A DNA stretch of 32,225 nt, taken from NCBI GenBank assembly GCA_001724265.1, contig MEDY01000343.1:1-32225 (forward strand), read 5' to 3'. Position 1 is the first letter of the stretch. Each line of letters opens with the position of its first letter. The stretch comes from Rhizaria sp. SCN 62-66. Its lineage: Eukaryota. The translations under genes and the position numbers were made by a program. Shown here in pieces: positions 10,219 to 21,033 of this stretch. Below the pieces are notes generated by a model. It saw nothing but the letters and a program-made list of their open reading frames with translations. It did no database searches and was not told the origin of the DNA.

Positions 10219-12412
10219 TTACATACCAGAGTAGGCGGGGCCGCCTCCACCCTCGGGCACGGTCCACTTGATGTACTCCTTGGGCATCTTGATGGAGCAC
10301 GTCTTGCAATGCACGCAGTTCTGCGCGTTGATCTGCAGCTTCTTGCTCCCGTCCGCCTTCTCGGGGAACTCATACACGCCGGCGGGGCAAAACCGCGTCT
10401 CGGGCGCCGCGTAGACGGCCAGCGACATGTCCGGGTCGGCCTCCTGCCCGGGCTTGATCCGCAGGTGAGCGGGCTGGTTCTCCTCGTGGCTGACGCCGGA
10501 GCGCGCGAGATTCTCCAGCAGCGGGAACGAGATCACGCCGTCGGGCTTCATGTACTCGATCGGGGTGCAGTCCGCGGCCTTCTTGGTCGCCTCGGAGTCC
10601 GAGGTGTGGCCGTGCGACAGCGTCCACGGAGCGCTCTCGCCGAGCACGAACTGCTCCAGTCCGGCGTTGGCCAAGAAAGGCAGTAGGCCGAACTTGAACG
10701 CGGGGCGGATGTTGCGTACGTCAGCGAGCTCGGCCGTGACGGGGGACTCCTCCATGCGGGACAGGATCTCACCGACCTCGCGGCCGCTAAGCGCGGCGTC
10801 GAGGTCAACGGACTCAGGCGCCGCGAAGGGGAACGAAGCGGAGACGCCACCCTCGGCATCGCGTGAGAAGGCGACGTTGGACGCGGCGGCGATGCGCTCG
10901 AAGATGCCCTCGGCGGCCTCCATGCCGGACTTCATGGCGTTGTGCGAGCCCTTGATCTTGGGCACGTTGACGTAGCCGGCGGAGCAGCCAAGCAGCGCGC
11001 CGCCAGGGAAAGTGACCTTGGGGATGGACTGGTAGCCGCCCTCGTTGATCACGCGCGCGCCGTACGAGATGCACCGGCCGCCCTCGAGCGTGGCCTTGAT
11101 CAGAGGGTGGTGCTTGTAGGTCTGGAACTCCATGTACGGGTTCAGGTACGGGTTCGGGTAGTCGAGGCCGACGACGAGGCCGACGAGCACTTGGTTCTCC
11201 CCAATGTGGTACATGAACGAACCGGCGTAGGTGTCCATGGGCGTCGGGTAGCCGATGGTGTGGACAACCTTGCCCGGCACGTGCTTCTCTGATGGGATCT
11301 CCCAGATCTCCTTCAGGCCGATGCCGTACGTCTGGTTCTCGCGGCCCTCGCGCAGCTTGAACTTAGCGATCACTTCCTCAGAGCATGATCCGCGCGCGCC
11401 CTCCGAGAATAGAGTCTGCTTGGCGCGGATCTCCATGCCGCGGGCGTAGTTGGCCGTGGGCTGGCCGTCCTTGCCAATGCCGACATCGCCCGTGGCAATG
11501 CCCAGCACGGCGGACTTGTCCTCATTGTACAGCACCTCAGCCGCAGCGAAACCAGTGTAGATGTCCACGCCCGCGGCCTCGGCCTGCTCGGCGAGCCACG
11601 CGCACAAGCGGCCCAGCGAGATGACGTAGTTGCCGTGGTTGTCCAGCGAAGGCGGAATCGGCAGCGGGATCGCGGAGGACTCGGTAAGGAAGTAGAACGA
11701 GTCCTCGGCGACGGGCGTCTCGAGGGGCGCGCCGAGCTCGCGCCAGTTGGGGATGAGCTCGTCGAGGTACGTCGGGATGAAGACGTTACCGGACAGGATA
11801 TGGTCGCCGACCTGCGCGCCCTTCTCGACAACGCAGACAGAGAGCTCGATGCCGGCCGCGGTGGCGAGCTGCTTCAGGCGGATGGCGGCAGAGAGGCCGG
11901 CGGGGCCGGCGCCGACGATCACGACGTCGAAGTCGACCGACTCGCGGGGCTCTGTGCGAGATAGAAATTGAACCAGAGGAGATATAGGTCGATGACGGAA
12001 TTAGAAATGCAGTATGTAATGTCAGGTAATAGTCGTGCATAATTCTGAGTCGCTTCAAGAGCACAGAAGCGTCCCGAAGAGAAATATACGGCTCCGAAAA
12101 TGTGTCTGGGTTCGACGTACCAGTGGGGACGAAAGGAGCGGGCTTCTCCTCAGCAGCAGCGGGAGCGGAGAAGGCGCGCACAGAGTCGGTCTTGCCGAAG
12201 CCGGGGAAGCGCGGCATGGCGGTGGAGACGGCGAGCGGGCGCTGCGTGCGGGCGAGACGCGCGACGGCCGAGGTGGTGGCGGCGGGCAGCGAGAACGACG
12301 CGGCCGGGGCAGAGGCGAGCGAGGCGCCGCTGGTGAGCGACAACGCGGACGACGCGGCGCCCGCAGCCTTGAACACACCGCGGTTGAGGCGGGAAATAGA
12401 CCGGCTCAGCAT
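10219..12412 (-). CDS. ETFDH: Mitochondrial electron transfer flavoprotein-ubiquinone oxidoreductase (ETF-QO), about 674 aa; exons 12121-12412 and 10219-11951
   Basis: FAD-binding motif DVVIVGAGPAGLSAAIRLKQ, plus GDHILSGNV, NVPKIKGSHNAMKSGM and the 4Fe-4S region RFCPAGVYE..INAQNCVHCKTCSIK..WTVPEGGGGPAY. Arg/Ser/Ala-rich presequence MLSRSISRLNRG. Phase-1 intron 11952-12120 (GTACGT..CACAG). Ends in TAA. Confidence 0.97.
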
Positions 12413-12946
12413 CGGAGGCTGCTGTGGGAAGTGAAAATGTCGAAACGTGCAAGAGGGGTCGGGTGAGGTGGATCTCATTGGGAGGGGCTTACAAAAGCGT
12501 GGATATAACGACCGGTCAAACGTGAATACGTGTGCTGATTTAAAGAAATGTGGTTAAGTGCGCGATCAAATCAGATATAAAACTTCAATTCAACTGACTG
12601 TTTCTGTGCACTATAACGCGGCGGGAAAATTCTCGACGACTGGTTGCGGAACGAGTCACAGCGTGAGTCGCCACACAGCAGAGCACTTCAAGAAGAGAAA
12701 AGCGAGGAGATGTGACTTGATAACGAGTGTATTGGCACGTGATGCTACACAAAAGAAAACGCAAATAGATTAATAGAGTTGTCTTCTCTTTCCGCGTTCA
12801 GGGGCGCAAAGAGCATGGGTCTCTACCCGCGACAGATCGGCTCAGACGGGGGAGGCGCAAACGGCGCGAACTCCAGCCCGCCCGACCACCGCAGCCGCGG
12901 ACCAAGGAGGGGGGAATGGTGGTGATGACGATGGTGTTGTTGTTGT

Positions 12947-13271
12947 GAGGCCTGGCATGAAGGCCTCGTGGCGGAGACAGCGTCTGCTCTCATCTCATCG
13001 AAAAACAAAACGGAAAGCTTGTCAAAGCGCGGATAAATACTCACGAGGTGAGATGAGAGAGGGGAAGTATCGCTCTCGCACGCGCGCCGCTCCAGCCAGC
13101 CCGTCTAGCCCCCGTGCTTGTGACGCGAGGAGACGAGGGCTGACGCGGAAGTGGCCGCAGTCCAGAACGGGTGACTTGGATCGCGCAGATTGACGAGTTG
13201 CTCTCAAATCTTCACGCCGCCTTGCCTTGTCTTATCGTTGTATCACCAGCGAGCTGACCGGCAGCTGGTGA
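12947..13271. other. Cluster of inverted repeats (potential stem-loops) downstream of the ATP synthase delta gene
   Basis: GAGGCCT-7nt-AGGCCTC (12947-12967); CTCTCATCTCATC (12987-12999) pairs with GGTGAGATGAGAG (13047-13059, one G-U on +); TCACCAGC (13243-13250) pairs with GCTGGTGA (13264-13271). Confidence 0.4.
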
Positions 13272-13295
13272 GTGGAACGAGTGATGCCGACGCAC

Positions 13296-13769
13296 TTACT
13301 GGAGGGCGAGGTTGATGGCGTTGAAGACGTCGACGTTGATGCGAGCGTGGACCTGCTGCTCCTCGGTGGTGGCCTTGGCGAGCTCGGCGTTGGCGTCCTC
13401 GAGGGACTTCTTGACCTTAGCGAGGTCGAAGTCCTCGAGGGGGATGGCCTCGGAGCAGGTCACGGAGGCGGACGAGTTCTCCTCGACGACGAGGAAGCCG
13501 CCGGGGACGAAGAACTTGCTGGGGGCCGCGGTAGCGTCAGCGTAGACGGACACGACGCCGGGCTTGAGCTCAGCGATGGTGGGGGCGTGGTTGGCGAGGA
13601 CGCCCATGTCACCCTCGGTGGTGGAGAGCACGACCTGGTACACAGGAGCGTTGTCGCTGATGACAGCGCTGGGGCTGGCGAAAGTCAGGTTCAGGAAACC
13701 CTCCTTAGCAGCAGGCGCCTCCGCAAAGAGCGTGCGGGTGGCCCGGATAGCACGGAAAGAGCGAAGCAT
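13296..13769 (-). CDS. ATP5F1D: Mitochondrial F1 ATP synthase subunit delta, about 157 aa
   Basis: Presequence MLRSFRAIRATRTLF. Motifs LNLTFASP, GDMGVLANHAPTIAELKPGVVSV, KFFVPGGF and EAIPLEDFD, then a C-terminal helical hairpin. Ends in TAA; this stop overlaps a GTAAGT donor-like sequence, so a short further exon cannot be excluded. Confidence 0.95.
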   Translation of the reverse strand: MLRSFRAIRATRTLFAEAPAAKEGFLNLTFASPSAVISDNAPVYQVVLSTTEGDMGVLANHAPTIAELKPGVVSVYADATAAPSKFFVPGGFLVVEENSSASVTCSEAIPLEDFDLAKVKKSLEDANAELAKATTEEQQVHARINVDVFNAINLALQ

Positions 13770-13982
13770 CTTCTGTGTGGCTAGAACGTCGAGGAGCAAA
13801 AGTTTAAGCAAACAAAAATAGGGTGAGGCGTGCTCCAGTGAAAATGAACGCAAATGCTCGTATATAACACAGGCTGAACTCTCCAAATAAATCACTTTAA
13901 ATGTAAACTACATTGATCCCAGCGAGAAATCAACCTCAACACAAGCGCCCGACGACACAGTTGAGCTCGGTCAGAAGTCGGC

Positions 13983-14051
13983 CCCACCGACCGACCGCTT
14001 AGCGGCTTTACTTCTCTCATTTTTCGGCCCTCTAGCTGGTCTCAGACGGAA
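13983..14051 (-). promoter_or_regulatory. Putative promoter module upstream of ATP synthase delta (+ strand text: CCCACCGA 13983-13990, CTTAGCG 13998-14004, ATTTTTCGGCCC 14019-14030, ACGGAA 14046-14051)
   Basis: Co-linear match to the motif set upstream of RPS6, including an identical 12-mer. Confidence 0.55.
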
Positions 14052-14312
14052 CCCCGAAAAAATCATCATCTAAGCATGCCATACTCTCATTAAACCCCCA
14101 ATACAAAAATAACTACAGACTAGTTAGTATTTCTCATGCAACAATAGATGTATATCGAAAGACTTAAACATGTATTAGTCTAGTGTCATAGCACTAAGGT
14201 TCGAAAAAGAAGAAACATCGCCAATATCAACAGATACCATCACCACCTACCAGCATATAGAAAAACGAAGTAACGAGTGAGCCAGAACTCAAAGCGAACA
14301 TTGCTCGTGCGC

Positions 14313-17300
14313 TTAGAGCTTCATGTTGAAGCTGGGAGGCACATCGGGCTCGTCGTCGTCGTCCTCATCCTTGGCGTCCTTAACAGAACCCTTGTTTTTG
14401 TCATCAGACGCGGTGTCCTCAGCAGCCTTCTCCTTGGCCGCGCTCTCGTCCTCCTCCTTGTCCTTGTCCTCCATCTTCTTGACCGCCGCGGCCTCCGCAG
14501 CCGCCTTGTCACCGCCCTCCTTCTTGTCCGCGCCGCCCTCAGCAGCGCCAGCGTCCTTCTTGTCGTCCTTGTCGCTGCCGTCGAGCGTCTTGCCGTCCGT
14601 CGCGGTCGCGATGACCGTGGGCGGGAAGACCTCGTACTCCTCGCCGGGACGCTGGTCCTCGAGCACGACCACACCGGAGATCTTGGTCGTCACAGGGTGG
14701 AAGCGCTGCGTCGGCGGCACCACGATGAACCGCTGCTGCGCTGGCACCACGCGAGTCGGGTTGGACAGGATCACGACCTTGTCCTCCACCGGCGCGGCGG
14801 GCGTGGCGGCGGCCGCGGCCGCGGGGGCAGCGGCGTCGTCGTCGTCGTCCATGGCAATGGGCTTGCCGGCAAGCGAGCTGCTGCTGATGCTGCTGTTCGT
14901 GCCGGTGGGCGCGGCGGCGACACGGCCGCCTGCCACAGTCGGCACGTGCGCGGGCGTCGGCGACTGCGCGCTCGCACCCGAGCTCGCACTGGAGCTCGAG
15001 TCAGCGGCGGACGACGAGGCGGCGGCGGGCTTGGTGTTGGAGGGCGCGGCGACCGCAGAGGCGGCGCGGGAGAGCAGAGAGCCCGTGCGGGAGAGAGCGG
15101 CGCCCTCGACGCGCTTCTTCTTCTTCTTGCCGATCGACAGCACATTGACGACCTTCTTCTTCTCGTCCTCCTTCTTGGCCTCGGCCGCGGGCTTCGGGTA
15201 CCCGAACCACGACGGGGGCTTCGCGGAGACCAGCTTCCACGCCGTGGGCACCTTGAGCTCCTGGGTCACGCCGATGACGGCGGCGGGCGACAGCGATAGC
15301 GAGATCATGTTGACGAGAGGGTGCCAGTACCAGTACTGGCAGAACAGCGCCGCGCCCGCGATCGCCACCATGCGCTTGTGGCCCGTCGACGACCGAAGCA
15401 CGACAACGCTGTTCTTGCCGCCCGCGTCGACCAGACCGGCGCCGAGGTACACGCCGAGCTTGCCCGCCGTGTCGCCGCGCCGGTTCGTCCCCACGGTCAC
15501 GGCCGCGCGGAAAGCCTCGAGCTTGACCTTGCCGGCGGGCGTGTCCGTCACCCCCTGGAGCAGCATGCCCATCGCGATAAATGCACCCTGCCGCACGAAG
15601 TCCGTCTTGTCCGCGATGAGCGTCTCGAGCAGCGCGTGCGCCTCGGGGATTGCGAGCCCCGCGCCAGCGCACGCCACGCCAACCGCCATCGCGGCGCCGT
15701 ACCGCACGAACGGGTTGTAGCTCTCGGCCAGCAGCGCGACGAGACGCGGCGCCTGCTCGGGCGCGTTGATGAGCACAAAGCCGAGCGCGGTCACGGCGGC
15801 GCGGCGCACGTCATCGCTCGCGTCTGTCACGGCCGCGCGCAACAGCCGCTGGATGGCCGTCGCGTCGCCCGTCGCGGCGTAGGCCAGCGCAACCGTCCAC
15901 GCGCCGCCGTAGCGCACCACGGGGTCCTTGTCGCGCAGCATGCGCGCAATGAGCGCGTCGGCGGCGCCCTCGCGGCCGTAGCTGCACAGCGCGAGACCCA
16001 TAGCGGCGCCGCGGATGGTCTTCTCGTGCGGGGAGTCCGCCGCGAGGGAAAGCAGGTCCTCCTGCACCGTCGCGTCGCCGGAGCCCAGGAAGATGAGCCC
16101 GATCGCGTATCCGGCCGCCTCGCCGACAACGGCAGACTCGGTCACGAGCAGTGCGTCGTGGACCTCGCTGTAAAGCGCGCGGTCATGGGTACCGACGGCC
16201 GAGAGCCCGAGCCCGAGCATCGCGCCGTGCGTCTGGACCTCGTCCGCGCCCTCCTTCTTGAGCGCGGCGCGCAGAAACGGTGTGTTGGCGGTGGAGATGC
16301 CGCACGACATGAGCCCCATCGCGTAGTAAGCACCGGCCTCCTCGAAGGCGGCCGCGGGCGGCGCGGGGGGGTCACCGCCGGCAGGACGGCGCGGGGCCGC
16401 GGCGGCCGCGGCGGCCGCGGCGGAGGCGGAGGCCGCGGTGGGCAGGAAAGCCGCGAGCACGGTCTCGGCCTTGGCGCAGTTGCCGCGGTTGAGGACGCCG
16501 ATGCAGCCGGTGGCGGCAAACTTGTTCCAGCCCGTCGCGGCGCGCAGCCACGGCGCGTGGGTGTGGAAGAACGCGTCCGAAGTCGAGCCGGCGTTCATGA
16601 GCGCGTTCGCCGAGACGATAGCCGAGTGCACGACCAGGTTGCGGGGCTCGGCGCGCGCGACGAAGCTGTCGAGCAGGGCCGTGTCAGTGTGGTTGTTGCG
16701 GCGGAGGAAGTCGAGAGTGAGCCGGGCAGAGACCTCGCCGCTGAGGATCGACGTCAGACGCGTCACCGCGGCGGTCGCGGCGGCCGAGGCCGAAGCGGGA
16801 GCAGAGACGGCGGCAGACACGCGCGCCATGAAGGCTACGTGCTGGTTCTCAACGAGCTCGAACGCGACCTGCAGGTAGCGGAACAAAGAAAACGATTCCA
16901 TTCAGGGCAGTGTTAGTATATATCCATAAAATTCAATCAATAGTTCAAGAATAAAATCAACAAGAAGACAAAAATATTCCAGCTGAAGTTGCGTTACATG
17001 AAAAACGGTCGTGTTTTGGAGCAGTTTAACGCACCTGGAAGGCGAGGAGGGTGTCACGCTCCGACGGGGAGCAGGCGAGCGTTGTCAGCACCTCGGCGAC
17101 GCGCTCGGCCTGGTCGAGGTAAAACAGACACTGGCACAGAGCGAGCACGTCCGAGGTGACGCTGAGCTCGGTGGCGGCGGACGCCGCGGACTCGCCGGCG
17201 CCCTCTGAGGGCCGAGTGTTGTCCTGCGACGGCGCCGTGGTGTAGAGCTTGACCAGTAGGCGGACGAGCGAGTCGCGGAGAGGCTTGGAGTCAACCGCGG

Positions 17301-17907
17301 TCATGGCCGTGGTGTAGAGGTACTTCATCAGCGGGGCAGGCGCGGGGGAGCGGATCAGCATGCTCTCGATGAGGTCCAGGCGGCACGTCTGCACCGACAG
17401 ACCCAGCGCGTCCTTGGAGGAGTTGTCCGAGGCAAAGCAGCCCTCGATGACGCGCTCGACGATGCGCTCGATGCGCGGGTCCAGCTCCGCGGGCGCCGTC
17501 TCGGCCTCGGCGCCGTCCTCGGAGGCCGAGGCGGCGAGGCAGCGCGCGCGCTGGGAGGCCGTGTAGCCGTCGATGCAGGTGGCGACGACCGACTGCGAGT
17601 AGGAATCCGTCGCGGTGACCGAGAACAGGTCGCCGGCGGAGAGGGCAAGACGGACGGCGTCGGCGGGCTCGGACATGTAGTAGTAGATCTTCGACGCAAC
17701 CGAGGCGGCGAGCGCGCGGTGCGGGAAGGCGTCGTCGTCAGCGAGGGACTCGATGGTGGTGACGGCCGAAGCGAGCTCGGACCAGAAGAGGTGGACGGTG
17801 TCGTTCATGAGCACGAGGGCCTCGCCGCGGAGGTCGTGATCCGGCTCGTCAAGCAGCGACAGCATCGGACCCGCCGACGTGTACGCCGTGGTGGTCACAG
17901 AGGCCAT
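14313..17907 (-). CDS. RPN2: 26S proteasome regulatory subunit RPN2/PSMD1, about 1142 aa; exons 17035-17907 and 14313-16868
   Basis: N-terminus TSAGPMLSLLDEP..FWSEL..ASKIYYYM, then LLAFQ|VAFELVE across phase-0 intron 16869-17034 (GTGCGT..TGCAG). PC repeats include WNKFAATGCIGVL, HEKTIRG, DDVRRAAV, ESYNPFVRYG, DFVRQGA and QYWYWHPL; also LSNPTRVVPAQ and an acidic tail. Ends in TAA. Confidence 0.97.
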
Positions 17908-18549
17908 GGGACGACTGGGACTGTGGAGATATCATACGTGAGAGCGGAGCGACACGGAACAGACGGGAAAAGCAACAAAGAGAGGGAACACAGCAAGACG
18001 TTAAATTCAGGTAAGATCGCGCGCTGAAAGATCAAAAGTATTCAATTAAAATGTACACACTAGGCTCCTACTCTAGCAGTCACGCGTATCTCGTAAATCG
18101 TTGATACAGGACTGAAGGCAGAGAGAATGAGGGAAGTCGAGGGTCTGATGACGGTTTGTGGTCAGTGCAAATGGATATGGTCGCATCAGGGAGGCAGACG
18201 CTAGCTAATAGCGTGTAAACAGTAACAACAATTAGATCCGTAGCGCATACAAGAATTGTGTTAATTAGAAAGCCTGGATGTGACGTGGTCGCGCTGTAGA
18301 TGCAAACGTGCATCTGACCTCAACTCATCTGGACCCAGCGGTTTGAAAACAAGCCGCCCAGTCCAGCACGCCCAAAACACGTTTGTGGTGGAACAAAAAA
18401 AAAATATTTCAAGTCAATAATAATGTGATGGGGAGAATATGTGTATGGTTCCACTGGAATTAACGTTAGTACTACATAAAAACTGCTGGTTTTGGCCCCA
18501 GCTGCGCAATATGCTGTCGAAAGTCCACTGTAAACGAGCAGCAAAGGGA

Positions 18550-19652
18550 TCACTTATGGGGGAAGATAGCGCTCTTGACCGTGGCCCAAAGCGCGTCGCC
18601 ACTGCTGGCGTGGAGTTCCTTGTCGGAGAGCAGGCTCCGAAGGTATTCCTTCGAGGAGGCGTGCACGTGGGGGTCCGCGAGGTACCGCTCCGTGGTCTCG
18701 ACCACGAACTGGTGCACCAGGTCGCGCGTACGCTGGCTGTTTAAGTGCTCTGCAAGTCGCAATAATAGGGCGATTATACAAAGAATATAAGATCAAAATG
18801 AGACAGGATGTGTGCGCCTTAAGTACTAATGCAGCTTACACATACTGCCAAAGGATCATCTCCATAAACAATTTTTAACATCATTAAATTGAACATAAAG
18901 TAAGAGTTCAAGTTGCGTACCCTTAAGGAGCAAGTAGGTCGCCTCAACAACTTCAGGCTTCTCAAACGTGTTCTTGACGAGGGAAGCCAGCGCGGCAGAA
19001 GACACGGGGTCAACAGCAATCTCTACAACCAGATGCTTAAGATAGGCCATCGAGACAGGGTCCTGAACGACGTGCGCCAGGAGACCAACAATGGCATCCT
19101 ACAATGAAACAATGAGCAGAAAAAGAAAAGAAAAAAAACATAGCGAACAAGATCAAGTCAGAAATATATGACACAAAGTCAATTCGTAAAATATGAATGA
19201 AAAGTATCACATGTAAGTTTTATCGACACTTACCTGCGTCTCCTTCTGCTGCGAGAGGCGCGAGATGAACTCGATTGCAGTGGCCTGCACCTGGGGCTCG
19301 GTGAGGATCTTGCCACTGAGCTGCACCGCGCTCTCCTTGATGGCGTCGTCGTTGAGCGTGTTGGCCGTAACCTGCGTCGCCATCGTCTTGATCCCCGAGT
19401 CGATCTGGCGCCCGTATGTGAAGTAGATCGTCGCGCTCATTGTCGCCACCATCGCGAGGCCAGTCGTCACGAGCGTCACGAAGCGGAAGGAAAAGATCCA
19501 GTGCTTGATGGCCTCGATGATGTTGCGCGGGTTCCGCGACGACCGGCGCTTGCTGCCGGTGCCGCTACTGCCGCTGCTGTACGACTGCCCGCCGTACGCA
19601 CCGCCCCCGCCTGCGTTGGCTCCAGCGGTCCCGTCAGCGTTGTCACTGCTGC

Positions 19653-19685
<33 letters not shown>

Positions 19686-20394
19686 GTGCCATTGTGGCGT
19701 CTGCCATGGCGGCCGCGAAAGGGTCCGAGGTCGAGTAGTACGCGCGCAGCCACTCCATGCGCCCGCGCTCGGCCTCGGGGTCAGCGCCTGGCACGCGGTG
19801 CAGCGGCGCCAGGCGCACGCGCGCCGCGCGGGCGATCGACACGCTATCTCTCTCCTCGCCGTCCGACATCGACGCTTCTTCTTCCTCCGCGCGGCGCAGC
19901 GCGTCCACGTACCGGTGAAAATACACCTCCGCGAGCTCCGCGTTCGTCAGCGGCGCCGCGGCAAAGTCGAATGCGGGCGGCCGCAGCGCGTTCGGCGACG
20001 GCTGCGCGGCGTCGGCGGCGGCGCTGGCGGCGGAGTCGGAAGAGAAGGGAGGAACACGGCGGGCGTTCCAGACGTCTTTGTCCGCAAGGGTGGGGAAAAC
20101 AGGGGTAGCAAACAAATCATCAGGAACGGGGATGTTGGCTGCAGGAGTTGGCTGAACAGGCTCGGTGACGGGCCCAGGCTCCGGGACGGGCTTCGACCGG
20201 AACCAGGAGAAGAATGAAGACGTTGGCGCGTGCTAAACAGAAGCGACCGTCGGGACCAGAGTCGTTCGCGGTATGCGGACTAAGGGTGTGCCCACAGTGG
20301 AGAAATGTCGTTTTGCAATCTTCGTCAAGAGCACGGTAGACTGAGGAATGCGAGTGGGGAGCTGCCGAGAGGCAGTAACGATTGCCCCCCGCAT
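18550..20394 (-). CDS. Probable mitochondrial single-pass membrane protein of unknown function, about 512 aa if the TAG at 20233-20235 is translated; exons 19234-20394, 18921-19098, 18550-18749
   Basis: Presequence-like N-terminus (MRGAIVTASRQLPTRIPQSTVLLTKIAKRHFST), a hydrophobic segment (FVTLVTTGLAMVATMSATIYFTY) and amphipathic helical repeats ending GDALWATVKSAIF. Introns 19099-19233 (GTAAGT..TAG) and 18750-18920 (GTACGC..CAG) keep the frame. Ends in TGA. The start could alternatively be the in-frame ATG at 20460. Confidence 0.75.
19654..19683 (-). repeat. (AAC)10 microsatellite encoding poly-Asn
   Basis: Perfect (GTT)10 on the + strand, inside exon 1 of the membrane protein gene. Confidence 0.95.
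20233..20235 (-). other. In-frame TAG (codon 54 from the ATG at 20394), candidate recoded codon
   Basis: GCT TCT GTT TAG CAC GCG CCA joins ORF 20233-20460 and ORF 19207-20115 in the same frame. The next in-frame ATG is about 120 codons downstream. Confidence 0.6.
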
Positions 20395-21033
20395 CTCAGT
20401 ACCTTCTCCTCGACGCTCTACACAAGAGGAAATGTAACGAGGAAATGTCGTGTTGAGCATGTCTTACTTAAAGTCCCGTGCTTTCTTACTAAATTTGTAT
20501 GTGGAATTTGTATTTACATTACAATTAACGATGAATGTGTTCTGCATGACAAGGCGGCGATTCGGCCGCAGATCGGCACACTTGACAGGAGTCAACGCCG
20601 AAACGTTTGTGGTCACACTTAACCTAACACTCATGTGGCATATCCGAAAGGTTGCCGGTAGATATTTATATAGATTCAAGTTGTTCGCACTTAAAGGGGT
20701 TTGTAACTAAAGTAGCACATCTCTTGTACGATGTCTATGTGATAGCGTGTCTGTCAAATATCGACAGCCGTCGAACGAGCCAAATGAATCTTACGACTAT
20801 ACTCCGTAAAAACGCGTGTATACTTTGCCAATCAAACGCATACTCGGTGACAACTTGTCGGATGTTGCGATATGTATTATATCACGATTCCATTGTTATC
20901 TCAGAAGATTTCATTGCGTTTGTCTTCGCTCAAACAAGTCGTGTCTTAGTTGGGTCTCGTGCTATCATCTCATCCTTCGAACTTGTCTCTTCGCCTGCTC
21001 CTCGGATCTATTGACATACAGGTACAGCGCCCC

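Noticed and set aside
14277-16916. Long antisense or alternative-frame ORFs (e.g. 14323-15720 +, 15321-16916 +, also 2860-3873 -, 24508-25386 +, 30537-32123 -)
   Set aside because: These are shadow ORFs expected from extreme GC3 codon bias. They overlap well-supported genes and show no recognisable motifs.
10219-20394. Operon-like cluster of co-oriented mitochondrial genes
   Set aside because: RPN2 interrupts the run and each gene has its own upstream region. Four co-oriented genes is unremarkable.
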